DNA of 63,640 nt, the filler included, from Choristocarpus tenellus KU-1152 (Eukaryota > Protista > Phaeophyceae), in the NCBI GenBank assembly GCA_964200185.2. It is 14 parts of 14 records of this genome, joined end to end, with 100 filler letters (N's around TTAATTAATTAA, not from the genome) between each part and the next. Parts side by side here need not be neighbours in the genome. Positions count along the whole stretch, not along the records: positions 1 to 6,663 come from CAXNAD020007617.1; positions 6,764 to 16,084 come from CAXNAD020003784.1; 12 more parts are not named here. One strand, written 5' to 3'. Positions within the stretch are counted from its first letter, which is position 1; the number at the start of each line of letters is the position of its first letter. The notes beneath the pieces were generated by a model. That model was given only the letters and a program-made list of their open reading frames with translations, had not been told where the DNA came from and made no database searches. Below, in pieces: positions 1 to 12,700 of this stretch. Made by a program: the position numbers and the translations under genes.

Positions 1-2559
1 GAGAACTGCACTTAGTGAGTACCATAAGATTTCGTAATAACTACACCTGTTGCTTATAGCATGCCCACTTTGTGTAATACTTTATGAAGTGGTAAATACT
101 TCAACTCTTTCCCCAAAGCTTGCAAAACAGGGCCTCTAGTTGGCACTAAACCTTCACCAGCACAAAAATATTCTGGAAGGCTAGGAGTGGGAGGGTAGGG
201 GTCCATGAATAGAAAATGATATAATATCAAGGCATGCAGTCTGTGCAGCAGTCAGCATGCATCATTGTCTCACCATACACGGAACAGGAAGATGTTGATG
301 GGTTCACCTCCTGAGAGACCTCGGTTGCATTGTCATAAAAAGCCAAAATGAATAGAATTTGTTTTAGTCAACACCTTATTGCTATGGGTAGACAACCAAT
401 TAACCCTTCTCCGAAACGTCATCAACCACGAGGCTACCCATTCGATGTTTTGGCTGTCTTTGGAGGAAGAGCTTGAAGTCAGAGGAAGAGGTCCCTTTAC
501 TTAGTCAACAAGGGTCTCTCTGCTCGAAAAAAAGTTGCCACAAGTGTAGCCCACCACATCTTCCCTCTCTAACTCGTAGTGTACGTTAAAGTATATGCAA
601 GTAGGCATCAGATTTGAAGACCAGTTAGTTAATAACCAGTTATTACTCTCAGTTAAAAAGTAGTATTTTTTTTCTATGATTTACCCCTGAGCCATGGAGA
701 GACTTCTCTTCTTGTCGCCATACTGCAACATTCCCCATGCTCTTCTCAAACCCGCCGCATTCACATTCACACCCCCTCTCCACCCACAGCAGTACAAAAT
801 GACACCGGAGTAGAAAGGTACTTAGAAGTATTGATCCCATCAATCAAATCAAGCAGTGAGATCCTTTTGGCTATCACCAGATGCAAACCTGTGGGCAGTT
901 GCAACTGTATCCAAACGACATAGAAAAACAATGAAATGCAACCCCCCAGGAAGGCAGCTTCAGTTAGTAAAACCAATTAGCAAAGAAGGAACAAACACAA
1001 CCAAGCCGGCCAGGTCCACACCAAGTTAAGATTCTGGAGAGCGCGCCACAAAAGAGACTTCACAAAGAGACACATGATGCGAGATGAGACTGCGCAGGAG
1101 CTCTGAACATAGCAACTCTGAGATTTGCTCTACGACTGTGCACAAAGAAACGGATATAGTAATGACAAACACATGTGGCACTGCGCTCTGCTGGATATAG
1201 TAATGATACATGAAAGAAGTATCTGTGCTTGCCATCTGAGTTCAACACGCTGTACAATACAGCAGTAGGATAAAAAAAAATTAAGATACTCCGCAGGCCC
1301 GCCTAACCGACCCCCCCTTACAAATGCACACGAGTGGCAAACTCCATGTGGGTACCGCACAGACAGGGGGCATGTAGCATTTCCAGCAGGACATGTGGGG
1401 GCCATGGGATGATGTTGTGTCTCCATCAGTTTCCATGTTCAATGTTCAGAATCGATTTACCAACTTCAAAATCAAACTGTTGTGGACTTGCTCTATAGTT
1501 ATGTACAGGTTGCACACCTCATCCCCACCCCTGAAAGCCTTTGCCCCTGCCTCTGACCTTCCCCTTGCCCCTTTCTGCACTTGTGGGTAAATGTTGGAAG
1601 GTATCTGCTGCAGGAGCCTTGGTAAATATCATGGTGGACACCCAAGGGCAACAGGTGATACACATTGGCTTGCAACCACACCCTCCTTTTGCATGGGATG
1701 ACAAAAGGCTCAATACTTGTAGTAGGAATTCTACATCCAACCAACCTCTCCTCTACTCCAAATTTACTGCTGGGAAGCATGTTTCTACTCTTCAGCTTGT
1801 TCTGTGGTACAGCAGGTTGCACACAAGTCCACCTCTTCCAGTATATGAAAGTTTGGTCCCCAAAAATCGCAAACATGGATGGCGCAGTACTTCTCAGGCT
1901 ATACATGGCTGATTCGTATTCTGATTTGCGATTTAGCAGCACGGAACAGGCACCTGTTCATAGATATATATAATGGTTAACAATATCAGGCAGGTCATTC
2001 AAAACCCAAACTTTTTCATTTTCATGGGTGAACAATACATGGCAAGCTTTAAACACAAAAAAACATATTCCTTGATGAGATTCGGTTTGAATCAATCCAT
2101 GTATGTCACACATGCACAAAAAGCAAGAGGATTCAGCTTTTCAATGACGTTGGATATGGCAACCAATATGTGCCTATGGATAGAACCTTGCTCCCTTGCG
2201 CTAAATCACAGATCAGAACAAATTTACCCGGAGAAAAAAAAAAAGCACCGTATGCCCACGCCCGCATTTTTCGGGGACCCAACTAACTTTTGTACATTAC
2301 AAGAAGGGGCCTACGCCAACATTCACACAACATTTCAACAGGGTCCAGTCTATGCATCAAAACGTCACAGAGGGTGGACTTCTCAACAGCAACCAAAACA
2401 ACCAAAAAAAATCATAGACGGAGTATGTCGGTAATTTCGTACCAACAGGTTTTGCCACAGGGTTAGGGACAGAAATACACCGAAAACTATCTGTAAGTAC
2501 GGAAAATTCTCTCCCTTCATGCGTGCTGTTTACACTTCTTTTGCCCTAAGTCCCCACTC

Positions 2560-3280
2560 TTGCCACTTCTCTGCTTGACTTGCCTGCCTGTCAATGTCCT
2601 TCACTCTCTTTTCTTGTCTACCCTTCAATAATTTATGCAACAGCGAGAGCTACTGCGCAGCGTTCTTGCAGATGGAATTGTGCTTGGTGTGCTGGAGAGC
2701 TGCTTTTAGGCAACTCGTTGCAAGGTCGCCCAGGCAGCACACAATACGTGTGCATGCAAGCTGTACTAAGTAGAAGGTGCATTTCGAGTAAAGAAAAGAG
2801 ACTTACAATAGAACTCTAGTGTATTCATTTCTTGTTGTACTACTAGTACACACATGACGTTACCAATGCTTAAGAAAAGGTCAGTCTCCCTCTCTACATG
2901 ACCAAGTGTGCTACCTGCCACAACGGCCAGTCCCTTTGCACGCACCATACATGAATCACGTCGCACAGGAAGAGCTAACATGCATGGGTTGTGTAATCTT
3001 CTAAATAGCATGCTTTTATTCTGTCAAGCTCTCAAAAGTAAGGAAAAATTGTTGAGCAGGAATCATGTCTCCTCTGGTAGACAGACATCCAGCTCACAGA
3101 TAGTAGTATATACATGATCAAAAACAAAGAAACAGAGCGTTTCCACACAATATACAGTGTTTGCATACAAATCAGGGACCCCTCACATTGTGTTGACCAA
3201 GCAAGCACACATGTCCCCAACCAGGACTGGTATCTTTCAGACTACCACTGACCAAGACTTCTGGAGCCGTTCACATGACA
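2560..3280 (-). pseudogene. Possible decayed coding continuation of the 3281-4840 gene
   Basis: One minus frame reads protein-like for ~230 codons (including ORF 2766-3011) with scattered TGA/TAG/TAA stops. Confidence 0.2.
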
Positions 3281-4840
3281 TCACGATGGCCAGCGTTGCT
3301 CAATCTCAACACGGCTCATATCCTTGGCAGGCAGTCGGTCAAACATACCTCCAACTCTACGGTCACAGTTAGACCATGCCCCCCCCCCTCCAACCCCCTT
3401 AGCAGGATGCTTTAGCCCAGGGGGATGTGTAACACCCCCCATCAACTGAGTTGGAGGTGGGGGTACCAAGTGTGCGATCTCTGTTCCAGCCTCCATTCCC
3501 TCATCTTGCTGCATATCACTACCTAGATGGGTCTCGTCGTTGTTGGTGTGCCTCTCCCATTTCCCACGTGTGGGTGCCTTGAACATCATCCCGTTGGTGA
3601 TGAACTCCTTCTCCCATGTTCGTAGGGTGCGCAAGTGGACACGGGGCACCAAGCTGGCAGCAACCTCTTCCATCAGGGCAGTGGTTCTACTTGAGACACC
3701 CACCTCATTGAGTCTCTTGAAGTAGTTATACAAGGCCATACAGCGACGATGGATGTGGAGCATGGAGTGGCGAGAAAGTTTGCAAGTCTTACCCTTCCCA
3801 GGCTGCCGCTTACCCCCTCCTGTTCCCGAGTGAGTCGTTGGCTCCTCTGCTCGCCCCAGATCCCCATACATAGGAAGATTCCCCGTGGACGGAACCACAG
3901 AGAAAGGCATGGCACTAGGGATGTTCATGCCACTATTGCTACCTACGGGAGTTGCCTCGGGATTCAGGAGAGGAACCTGTGCAGGCAACGGAGAGACTGG
4001 CATGGAAGTAGAACTCGGCATCGCACTCAAACCAGGCGCCGGAGAATCCCAAATGATGAGGTCCTCATAGGCATCCTTGTCTAAAATCTGCAACAGCACC
4101 AATTGAACAGGTTTGTGGTGAAAGGAAGGGATTGTGGATCGAGTCCCAGATGCCACTGTCGAACACAGGAAAGAAAGTCAAAGGCCCAATTAGGTAACAA
4201 TGGGCAAGCAATCCACCGCGAGCCTATTTCTGACCTTGTAAAGTCGATCAATGTACACCTGCCTCTCCTGTTTCTTCACTTCGAACCTCTTGGACCGCTC
4301 CTCGAATCTCTTCTTGGCCTTGTACGCTGTTTGGTACTCTGTGCGTCGTTTGGACTTGCGGATACTTTGTTCAGCTGCTCCATCCTCCCCGTCTGCGCCC
4401 AGCATTCTGTCTGACGTACCACTTGCCAAACTGGGTATAATACCCGAGCCCGTGCTCTTGCGCGGTTGTGGTAAGGAATCCTTGTCACAACAGAGAGTCT
4501 TTGATCCAGCAGAACTGTGGGTGTTCAAAGAGGATGGAAGCCCATCCGTTCCCGTCTCACAGATACCATCACTTCCGATTCCATTGCCTTTGACGCCGAT
4601 CTGTGCAGGAGGGAGAGACGAACCCAACCCTAAAGTAATATGCCCTAAGTAGCTCTCCCCCAAGTGAACCATAGGAAAAGATGAAGAGAATCCGTGAAAT
4701 GGACTCGACATGGGAGTAATCGTCTCCGAGACCAAAGCATCCTCGGTGAGACTAAGTCCTCCAGATAGATCTTCGAAATGCCGTTGCTCTGATCCCTGCT
4801 CCGGGGGTCGATGGGGTACCCCCCCCGCCTGGCCCAGCAT
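3281..4840 (-). CDS. Putative two-exon gene (4840..4235, 4087..3281): basic coiled-coil plus transposase-like HTH segment
   Basis: Phase-0 intron 4088-4234 (GTCAGA..TTGCAG) joins two ORFs to give YIDRLYK|ILDKDAYEDL. The segment VHLRTLRTWEKEF..PTRGKWER resembles N-terminal regions of DDE transposases (from memory, unverified). Start codon uncertain. Confidence 0.45.
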
Positions 4841-4868
4841 CGTGTTTTAGAGACGATGAACAAGCAAC

Positions 4869-5645
4869 GTGGTGATGGTGATAATCAAAAACCATTCAAG
4901 TAGTATACCATCAAAATGTGGTGTATGGACGGACGGACAAGCATCCGAAACGGCATCTCTTAAGGGTGGTGAAAACATAAACCATTCAAACCAACAACGA
5001 GTGCTAGGAATTATGGAGAAGGACAACAATGTGGAAAGTGTGATCGGTGCAAAGGGTCAAGGGGATACAGAAAATTTTACACGTTCACCTTATCCGGGCT
5101 GTGCCGACCAGAAGGTCGAGCCAAGAGGAGGAAGGACTTCTGACCCAGGTCAAATGGCCGACATATTTACATGGGTAAATCTCAAGCTCAGGAACGAACG
5201 CAAAACGTTTGGGCCTCAGCATATCAGCAGTCGCCTGAAAAAGTTTATCCCACAGATCGAGCGCGTCGCAAGTTGGACAGACAGCTTAAATCTGATCGAT
5301 CATACAGACGAACCAATGAGGGAGAGAATAAATATGAGATGTGCTGAACGTGAGCAATGTGTGGACGACAACTTCTGGGGGCTAGACGCCCAATTATATG
5401 CTCAGGAAGATGCGAGATATTGGCTGGCAGTCGAGGATGAGTTGAGCTCTGCTATTCGTGAGCGCACCAAAATCCAAGAACAACAAGAGCGATGGGAGCA
5501 CGAAGACTTTGAAAGGAGGCTACTCAGGGCAAAGCTACGAGGCAAGCTTGAGGGTGCTGCAAGGAGAGGGTATCTCAAGGTGATCCGATCCACTAGAAGC
5601 AAGGGCTATCTTTTCCCAGCTCCATCGTACCACTATAAGAATTGA
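4869..5645 (+). CDS. Hypothetical intronless protein with charged coiled-coil C-terminus
   Basis: 258-codon ORF, CpG-retaining, helical E/R/Q-rich tail; no family recognised. Confidence 0.4.
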   Translation: MVMVIIKNHSSSIPSKCGVWTDGQASETASLKGGENINHSNQQRVLGIMEKDNNVESVIGAKGQGDTENFTRSPYPGCADQKVEPRGGRTSDPGQMADIFTWVNLKLRNERKTFGPQHISSRLKKFIPQIERVASWTDSLNLIDHTDEPMRERINMRCAEREQCVDDNFWGLDAQLYAQEDARYWLAVEDELSSAIRERTKIQEQQERWEHEDFERRLLRAKLRGKLEGAARRGYLKVIRSTRSKGYLFPAPSYHYKN

Positions 5646-5872
5646 TGTATACCTCTTGTGCAACCTCGAAAATGTATATCACGTGCTGGCCAGAGCCGAG
5701 CTGATGCATTTTAATTACTGCATGGTCATCAGGCTCGCCAAAGTCACCCTGGTGTTGAGAGGAATCATCGCGCGCTGTGTCACGATCTAGTCATGACCTG
5801 CCCACCGAGTCGCCGCAATGGAGGTTTACTGCAGTGGATATTATCAATTAACATCGTCAACGCTCACTCTCA

Positions 5873-6663
5873 ATGGTGGAGATGCAGGTGTTTTATGGTG
5901 CTCCCTCATCAGACGTAGCCATCGACTACTCATGGCCGACGAGACCATCCCTGCCGGAAAAGCTGCACGAATGTTCCGAGACGTTCAGAACTACAACGAG
6001 TCAGCAATCGACAATGACATCCTCCATCACCATGGAAGGCGTGTGTAAAGATCCAGTGTGGAGGTCCTTAGATGGAAAGAACAGTAGTGGTAGACAAGAG
6101 GGCAACTGGACGGAATTGTTGGGGGGTGTACGTGTTGGACAGTTTCATAACTTCCGTGGGACCAAGTCGCACCACATCATTCCTATTCCAGATGCATTCA
6201 TGCACCCCCGACGTTGCGACAGTACACAAAGTAGCTGTGGAAATGTTTCAACCCAATTACCTTCTCTGAAATCAAAAGTCAAGTACATGGATACAACCTC
6301 GGCATGCACAGCCAGACCAACAAAGGACACACTTTTGGCGCCCTTGCGTGGACAAATGACGGGAGTTTCAACAAACCCTGCACCTGGGGACATAACGTGT
6401 GCGGCACTGAAAAAACGCCTACTTCTTAAGCCAGGTGCAGTCGGGCAACCTCTAATCCCTTCTTTTGCCCACAAGTTTTCAGTATGGGACCAGCGATGGA
6501 CATGGGAAGCTGCCATAGCACAGGAAGAAAGGGTGCGAAGACAAAGCCAGTGGGCTGCAGAGATGGTGCAGGACAGCACTGCAGTAAAGGATGGCTACAG
6601 GAGGAGGGAAAAATCTCCCCCATTCCTGGCATCAAAATCCAACGGAAATTCCTATCTAGATGG
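5873..6663 (+). CDS. Hypothetical protein, truncated by contig end
   Basis: ORF of ~263 codons open to the gap; no family recognised. Confidence 0.3.
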
Positions 6664-6763
6664 NNNNNNNNNNNNNNNNNNNNNNNNNNNNNNNNNNNNN
6701 NNNNNNNTTAATTAATTAANNNNNNNNNNNNNNNNNNNNNNNNNNNNNNNNNNNNNNNNNNNN
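6664..6763. other. Artificial contig spacer (also 16085, 19460, 24104, 27799, 32799, 36532, 39745, 42587, 45733, 48855, 52996, 59012)
   Basis: Identical 44N-TTAATTAATTAA-44N blocks with stops in all six frames. Confidence 0.95.
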
Positions 6764-9700
6764 GGAGGGAGGGGAGAGGGGAGGGGCATGACCATTAAAA
6801 AAATATATATATTTCAAGTTTTATGCCTCTGTTGGTGGACTTAAAAAAAAAAAAACAAAGCAAGATTTTACGTGCTGTAGATATGTGTACTTTTTTGTTT
6901 TACCTATGTATCTTTTTTTGTGTTACCTATATATTTTTTTCTCTTTTTTTTGTTATCGAGAAGGGGAGATCTTGCTGCGCAGTCATTGTGAGAAAACTTG
7001 AATATTGTTTGTGTCTTTAGTGCATGCCTAAATTCTGTGCCTTTAGTGCAATCGGTGATTGTAGTAAAAAATATTCTGCACAGTGCACGCTTTTGCACAT
7101 TGAATTGTATATCACTATTATTATTCTGTGTTTCCTTCGGTTAGATAATGCGGAAGAGCTCTAGAGCTCTACTGTATAGCTCTGTAGCTGTAGCCAGTAG
7201 CATGTTCCAGTGGTTGGATACTCGTGGACTCAAGTCTGTTGTTGGGCGCATGCCACCTGTGTCAAGAAATGTAACCGACAAATGTATTAGACAGTCCTGT
7301 AGTGACAGTATTGTTGAAGAGGAGTGTACTACACTGTGCCACAATATATCTGTGGTGATACTTATGTTGGCCACTTGATCCACTTGATGTGCACTTTGCC
7401 TGTTGAGCATGAGTTGGTACAGTTTGAGGGGCGGGCTATTGGTGCACAAGGTGGTCTCAGATTTTCATTAACTTTGTGGGAGGGGGGGGCCTTGCAAAAA
7501 CCAACTTTTGAGAGTTGAACTGTTCTACACACCCACCCTGTGAACTGTTGGAAGTGCTGTGTGAGAGAGGGAGGTCTGGTTTGAGAATTTCACGGCGGTG
7601 ACCTGTGGATCAGTCACTGCTAGTGAAATGTGAATGGAGTGATTTTACTGCTGATTGAAGGAATCAAGTAGTGAGCCACTGCCGTATGGTTTTTGAGAGT
7701 TCCTGGGGAACATTGCAGAAGGCGTTCGTGAAACGTGAACAACAAGGAAGGGTCGATGCTGATTGAAGGAATGAAGTAAAAAAATTCTATTATCTGATTG
7801 GGTGAAATTTTCGGTTTCATTTCTCCCTCCTGTTCTCACACTAGGAGTGGTCGTAAGTCTATCTGTGGGTGTGTGTGGGTGGTTTTCTATGTTACAGCTC
7901 AAACCAGTAATAGACACATGTGCACCTACCTACCTGTGTGTGGTTGAGGGAGGATCAACAATAATTTCAAAGTATTTTATTTATTTTTTTATGCATACTC
8001 TGAGGTAGTACTATTAGTAAATATTATTTAATAGGAAGACATTTGGAAATAGTGATGAGAGCGTGATGGTTGAGAAAATTTTCATCTTAGAATATTTTGA
8101 CCAAAAAAGGTGCTCTTCACGGGGCTTCTAGGACGCTTTCATTACGATTCTATTAAGCTCCCATTCTTGCAGTGGAACCTGCTATGGTGTGCACTCCCTC
8201 AATCCCTCTGTCTTGCCATGAATCTCAACTTCCATGCGTCTGACTTGAATCAACTTGAATGCAGGTTGCCAAAGGAGTGGAGTGAGCGGGTTGAGTGATT
8301 GGGAAGGGATGGACAAGGTAGTCCTGACCCTGCTTGACACCCTGGTGGGAGCGGAGGAGGGGGCTTACATGCAGGCGGCCAAGGTAAATTGCCTGCCATT
8401 TTTTAAAATGGAAATTTTGTTTGAGGGGTGAGAAGCTTTAAAAGGACCAAGAGAGTAAGAAATAGTCAAATGGTAGAGAGTTTGATTTTTTTTTTTTGAA
8501 GTGACTCGATGCCCTTTTCGACACGTAATTGTAAGAGGGAGGTGTTTGTTCCTAACTGCTGTTGTTTGCCCTGTAGACGATACGATTGGGTTGATCGTTT
8601 TCCTCTGAAGAGCTGCTGCAATATCGGCGCTTGTCATGTTAAGAGTGTTGGGATGTTGAAAGTGAAAAGGAGTTTGGTTCTTTTTCCGGAAGACATTCTT
8701 GCAATCCTTGGGGGGGTCTTTGGCAACATAATTCGTAGGAGGATCTTGTTTTATATGTGTGGATGCTTCCTGTGCATATAGACTCTTGCTTGCTACCTAA
8801 CCGAAGACCTAACCCAAGAATGTATTTGCTACTCATCACTTGCACTCACACTGCTCCCTTGAAACTTAGACACATGAGATGCTCTTGTTGCGTGATCTGT
8901 GAGCGTTGCAGATTTTGTCAGTTCATGTCCATCCCTCCATGCAGGAAGCATGGGGGCGGGGTTTAGGTGAAGAGTGCGTCAATGCGTTTGTACTTCTAAG
9001 CCATGCTTTTGCCTGACTCGTCTCATTTTTTTCCTCTCCGTGCTATACCAAGTATTCATGCCTGAAGGTGATTGAACTCCACCTCTTGATTCTGAACGTG
9101 TGTTGCATCCACCAACCTTGTTACCTCTGCTTGAGAATAGTCTCATCTTCCTCATCCCGAGGCCATGAGACATACCCTCCTCCAACCCTGACCCACTGGC
9201 TCTCTCTCAGGCTATCCTGGCAGCCAGTTGCCTTTGCACATCCCAAGGGCGAAAGGGTATGGTGTTCAAGTCCATGTCATCGCACGCTGCTAAAGATGAG
9301 GTGCAGGGTGCATTTCTGCACATTCTCAATGAAGAAGGTGAGTACAGCTCCACCTCCAGCGATGGGCACAGGTATTGGTGGTGTATTGCTGCACACTTGC
9401 TTGATGAGCACATTTATGAGTCAGAGGTTGGGTGGGTGGTGACTGCTGCGATGGTTGCTTGGGGGCTTTTTTAGCGGGCATGAGAATGTGGGCATGAGAA
9501 TGTGGTCATGAATGTGGTCATGATTGCACTTTGCGAACTCATTGCACAGAAAATATTGTTGAGTAACTGTTGTATGGAACACAGCCCTGAGGCTGAAGGA
9601 TTTGAGAATTCGATGTACGGGGAGCAACAGGGAAAAAATCTCAACTTTCATGGGCGGCTAGACTCATTTTTCTTCCTCGACTGACACCTAAAGTGTGGTC

Positions 9701-12700
9701 GTTTCCTCTTCCATAACTGTCCCTTCGAACGCTGTGGGAAACTTAGGCATAGGGTTTTGAGTGCAACCAAGGTGGAGGTGTTGGGTGTTCGCTCAACTTG
9801 AAGTATGGCCATCATTTTGTCAGGATTGGTTTCTCCTGTGGCTCTCATGGTGCCGTTTGTACATGTGTCCCCCTTTGTTGTGTTTTGAGTGGTGCCTAGT
9901 CAGACATGGCCTACTTTGTGCTCTGCTGATCCATCTTCTGTTGGTAGCCCTGGTGCTGAGAATGATTGAATGATGTCAACTACCTCCGATCAATGCTGTC
10001 ATCCACAACTTTCTGCAACTCCATGGGGAGACTGCAACCAGACAAGGCTCGAATCAAATTGAACACTTTTGTTTGTGTGGAACCAGACTTGATGTCTCAC
10101 ATGGCACGTGACACTAGCGATGCATTTATGAGGAGTATGACATAATGTGTGGGAAGGCACAGGGTTGTTACATTGCTGGATGATGGATGGCTCCGCAGTT
10201 GAGTGTACAGAGCTGTGTTGAGCTTGAAATCACTTGCCCATCATCATTAAGCCGACTGGAGGATCACGTGTCTGGCATCAGGCCTTCCAGGTGTCTTGAA
10301 TAAGGCAATTAGTGTGTTGAGCATGCATTGCACTAGTGAATGATTTTGAGGGCCTTTAAAAAAAGAACATGCAGGGATCAGCTCAGCTCTCAGCTGTTGC
10401 CATTTTTGTTGGGAGTTCAGGTCAGTGTCAAGCATCATCATCCAAAAAAGTAGATGAGAGGTGGTGGGATTTTATTTTGGTTGACTGTTGGTGGGAGGGC
10501 GGTCAAGACACTCTGTCACCGGAGGACACTTCATGAGTGGTTTTGGGTGTGGATGAGGTGCATGTGGAGAGAGAGGTCAATGGGAGCTCTTGCTGAGATA
10601 TGTTCAGGGGGAAGCAGTCCACAGTTGTGGAGACATACCATGCATGCTTGATGGGGTGTGTGAGGTGTACCATATGTCACCTGTGCTATATCCCTTTGAG
10701 TTTCTTCAAATTGTTTTGATCATTCCTCTCTGAGGCTACTACTGCTGGCTCTGGACTTAGAGGACAAGCGAGATCCCAATGAGGCGCTGTCCTTGTCAAG
10801 TCTCATATGGAGTGCTCGTATCTTCTGTTGTTACGTACCGATGTTGGATAGTAGAGATTGCAAACAGCAAACATAGGCTGCCATGTGCTTAGAACACAAC
10901 GGCCTAGAGGTAGGTCTGCCTCATCTCGATTGCCTTTGGTCTTACCTACTGATGCAACTGTCATGACCAGTCATGAGTTATTTTTCACCCCATTAGTACC
11001 AAAATTTTCTGCTTTTAATGCTTATCCTGTTCCCTTCCCTTCCCTTTCTTTCCCCTATCCTTCATGTGCTGTTTCTTTCTTCCTCTCTCTGCATCATGGC
11101 AATACGCATCATTCTTCCTGCGTGTTGGGTTATTCTGGGCGCTTGTTGTTCATACCACTTGCTTGTGCCGTGGTGGGGGTTGGTTACAATATGTTGGATC
11201 TGATGATGCTTTGATTATTGTGACCGCGAAATTCCGAAATTCCGAAACCCACTGTGAAGGGTACCCTAATGGAGACCGGGCTCTGGTTTCTCAGTGCCTA
11301 TGTTTCTGTTGTGATACGTTCAAGACGGAGGGAATGGAGAATTTTTTTTACATCAATGATGTCAAGGTGGGTGCACAGGACTGAGTGCGCGTTGGAGCGA
11401 GTAGGAAGCAGTGGACCTTGTCCCCTCTCCCCGTCCTGTTCCTTTCCGCCTCCCTATATTATTATTATGTGACCCCCATAGGACTACTGAATGTCGTCAT
11501 TTTGCGCATCACTCAGTCAAAACTATACAACTTCCTATGGCTGGGTGTGCCATTCACCTTGCGATTATGGTAATATTGGTAGAAGAACGCGATTTATTTT
11601 TATTCTGAAACACACAACACATGCGGAGCTAGGATATTAGGAGGCGGTACTGTTGGAGCCTCCCCATGAATTCAAGTTTCTGTAGGAAACTGGTCAAATA
11701 CATATGGTATGCATTGTGCTTGAGGGTATCATTTTTTTCTGTTGCAATAAGTGTATGCATGCTGAATTAATGGCTGGCCTGGGTATGCAGTGACACAAAG
11801 CATGGGCTATTCTAGTGTGTTGTGGCAGTACAGCTAAGATGCCGGCAAGGAGTTCCAGCATACTAATGTTTTAGATGGAAATTTCACAGATGATACGTTC
11901 TTTTGACTGGTTGGGCAATAGCCATGTTGATACCTTTGTGGTACCGTTCCCAAGGCAAAGTTGCTTGTTCTTTGTGTAACAAGACAGTTGCATGCAAGTG
12001 CTTCATCTGGGCCTCCGCAGAGGTGTAGTTTCGACGGAAGTGTTGTTGAGCACAGCTGTCGTATGGAGTACATATTGCAGGATGCTCGTTGAAGTTCTTA
12101 CTAGAGAGTGAGCAGCAGTGCCACTAGAGCTCCATGAATAAACACGAATTGCTGGATGCACAAGAATTATAGGTGATGTTATGGCCTCGAGATTGAAATG
12201 GTGGTAGGTACACGCTGTGACTACGAGAGGCATGCATGATTTAATGCTCTTGCTTATGGACCTGACACAGAACTCTGCTGTTTCCGTTTTTTCAATTCCT
12301 TTCGGCTTTGAAGCTCTCTTTCTAAGTTGACTATATGTTTAGGTATCCGACCTTTGCATAACACCCCATTCCCAAAAAATGAAATGATGTCATGTGCAGG
12401 TGCAGCATTTCTTTCCACACAGCGTTTACAGTCATTACGCAGGGTTTTTGACTTGGATTTTTTTTTGTGAACTTGAGACGATGGACGAGGGTTAAGAGAA
12501 ACCTAGAGACAAAAGTTGAATGGAAACCTTTCGTTTGTCCATATTTTTTCACTTTGAAGTTCTTTTTTTTTGTCACGTTGTCTACTCTTTTTTTTTTTTT
12601 TCCACGAGCGTTTGGAAGCAAAGATGGGGAAAGGCATACTATCCNNNNNNNNNNAGAATATTTGTATTGATTTTTTTGTTTTGTCTTTTTTTTTTTATTT

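Noticed and set aside
180-230. Adenine methyltransferase DPPY motif (minus strand FLFMDPYP)
   Set aside because: Motif is not DPPY, frame is broken and no SAM-binding motif seen
3281-6663. Endogenous giant-virus (NCLDV) call
   Set aside because: No recognisable viral hallmark gene; left as unassigned cargo
6664-6763. Recurrent TTAATTAATTAA palindrome as a biological motif
   Set aside because: Always centred in a 100-bp N spacer; assembly linker
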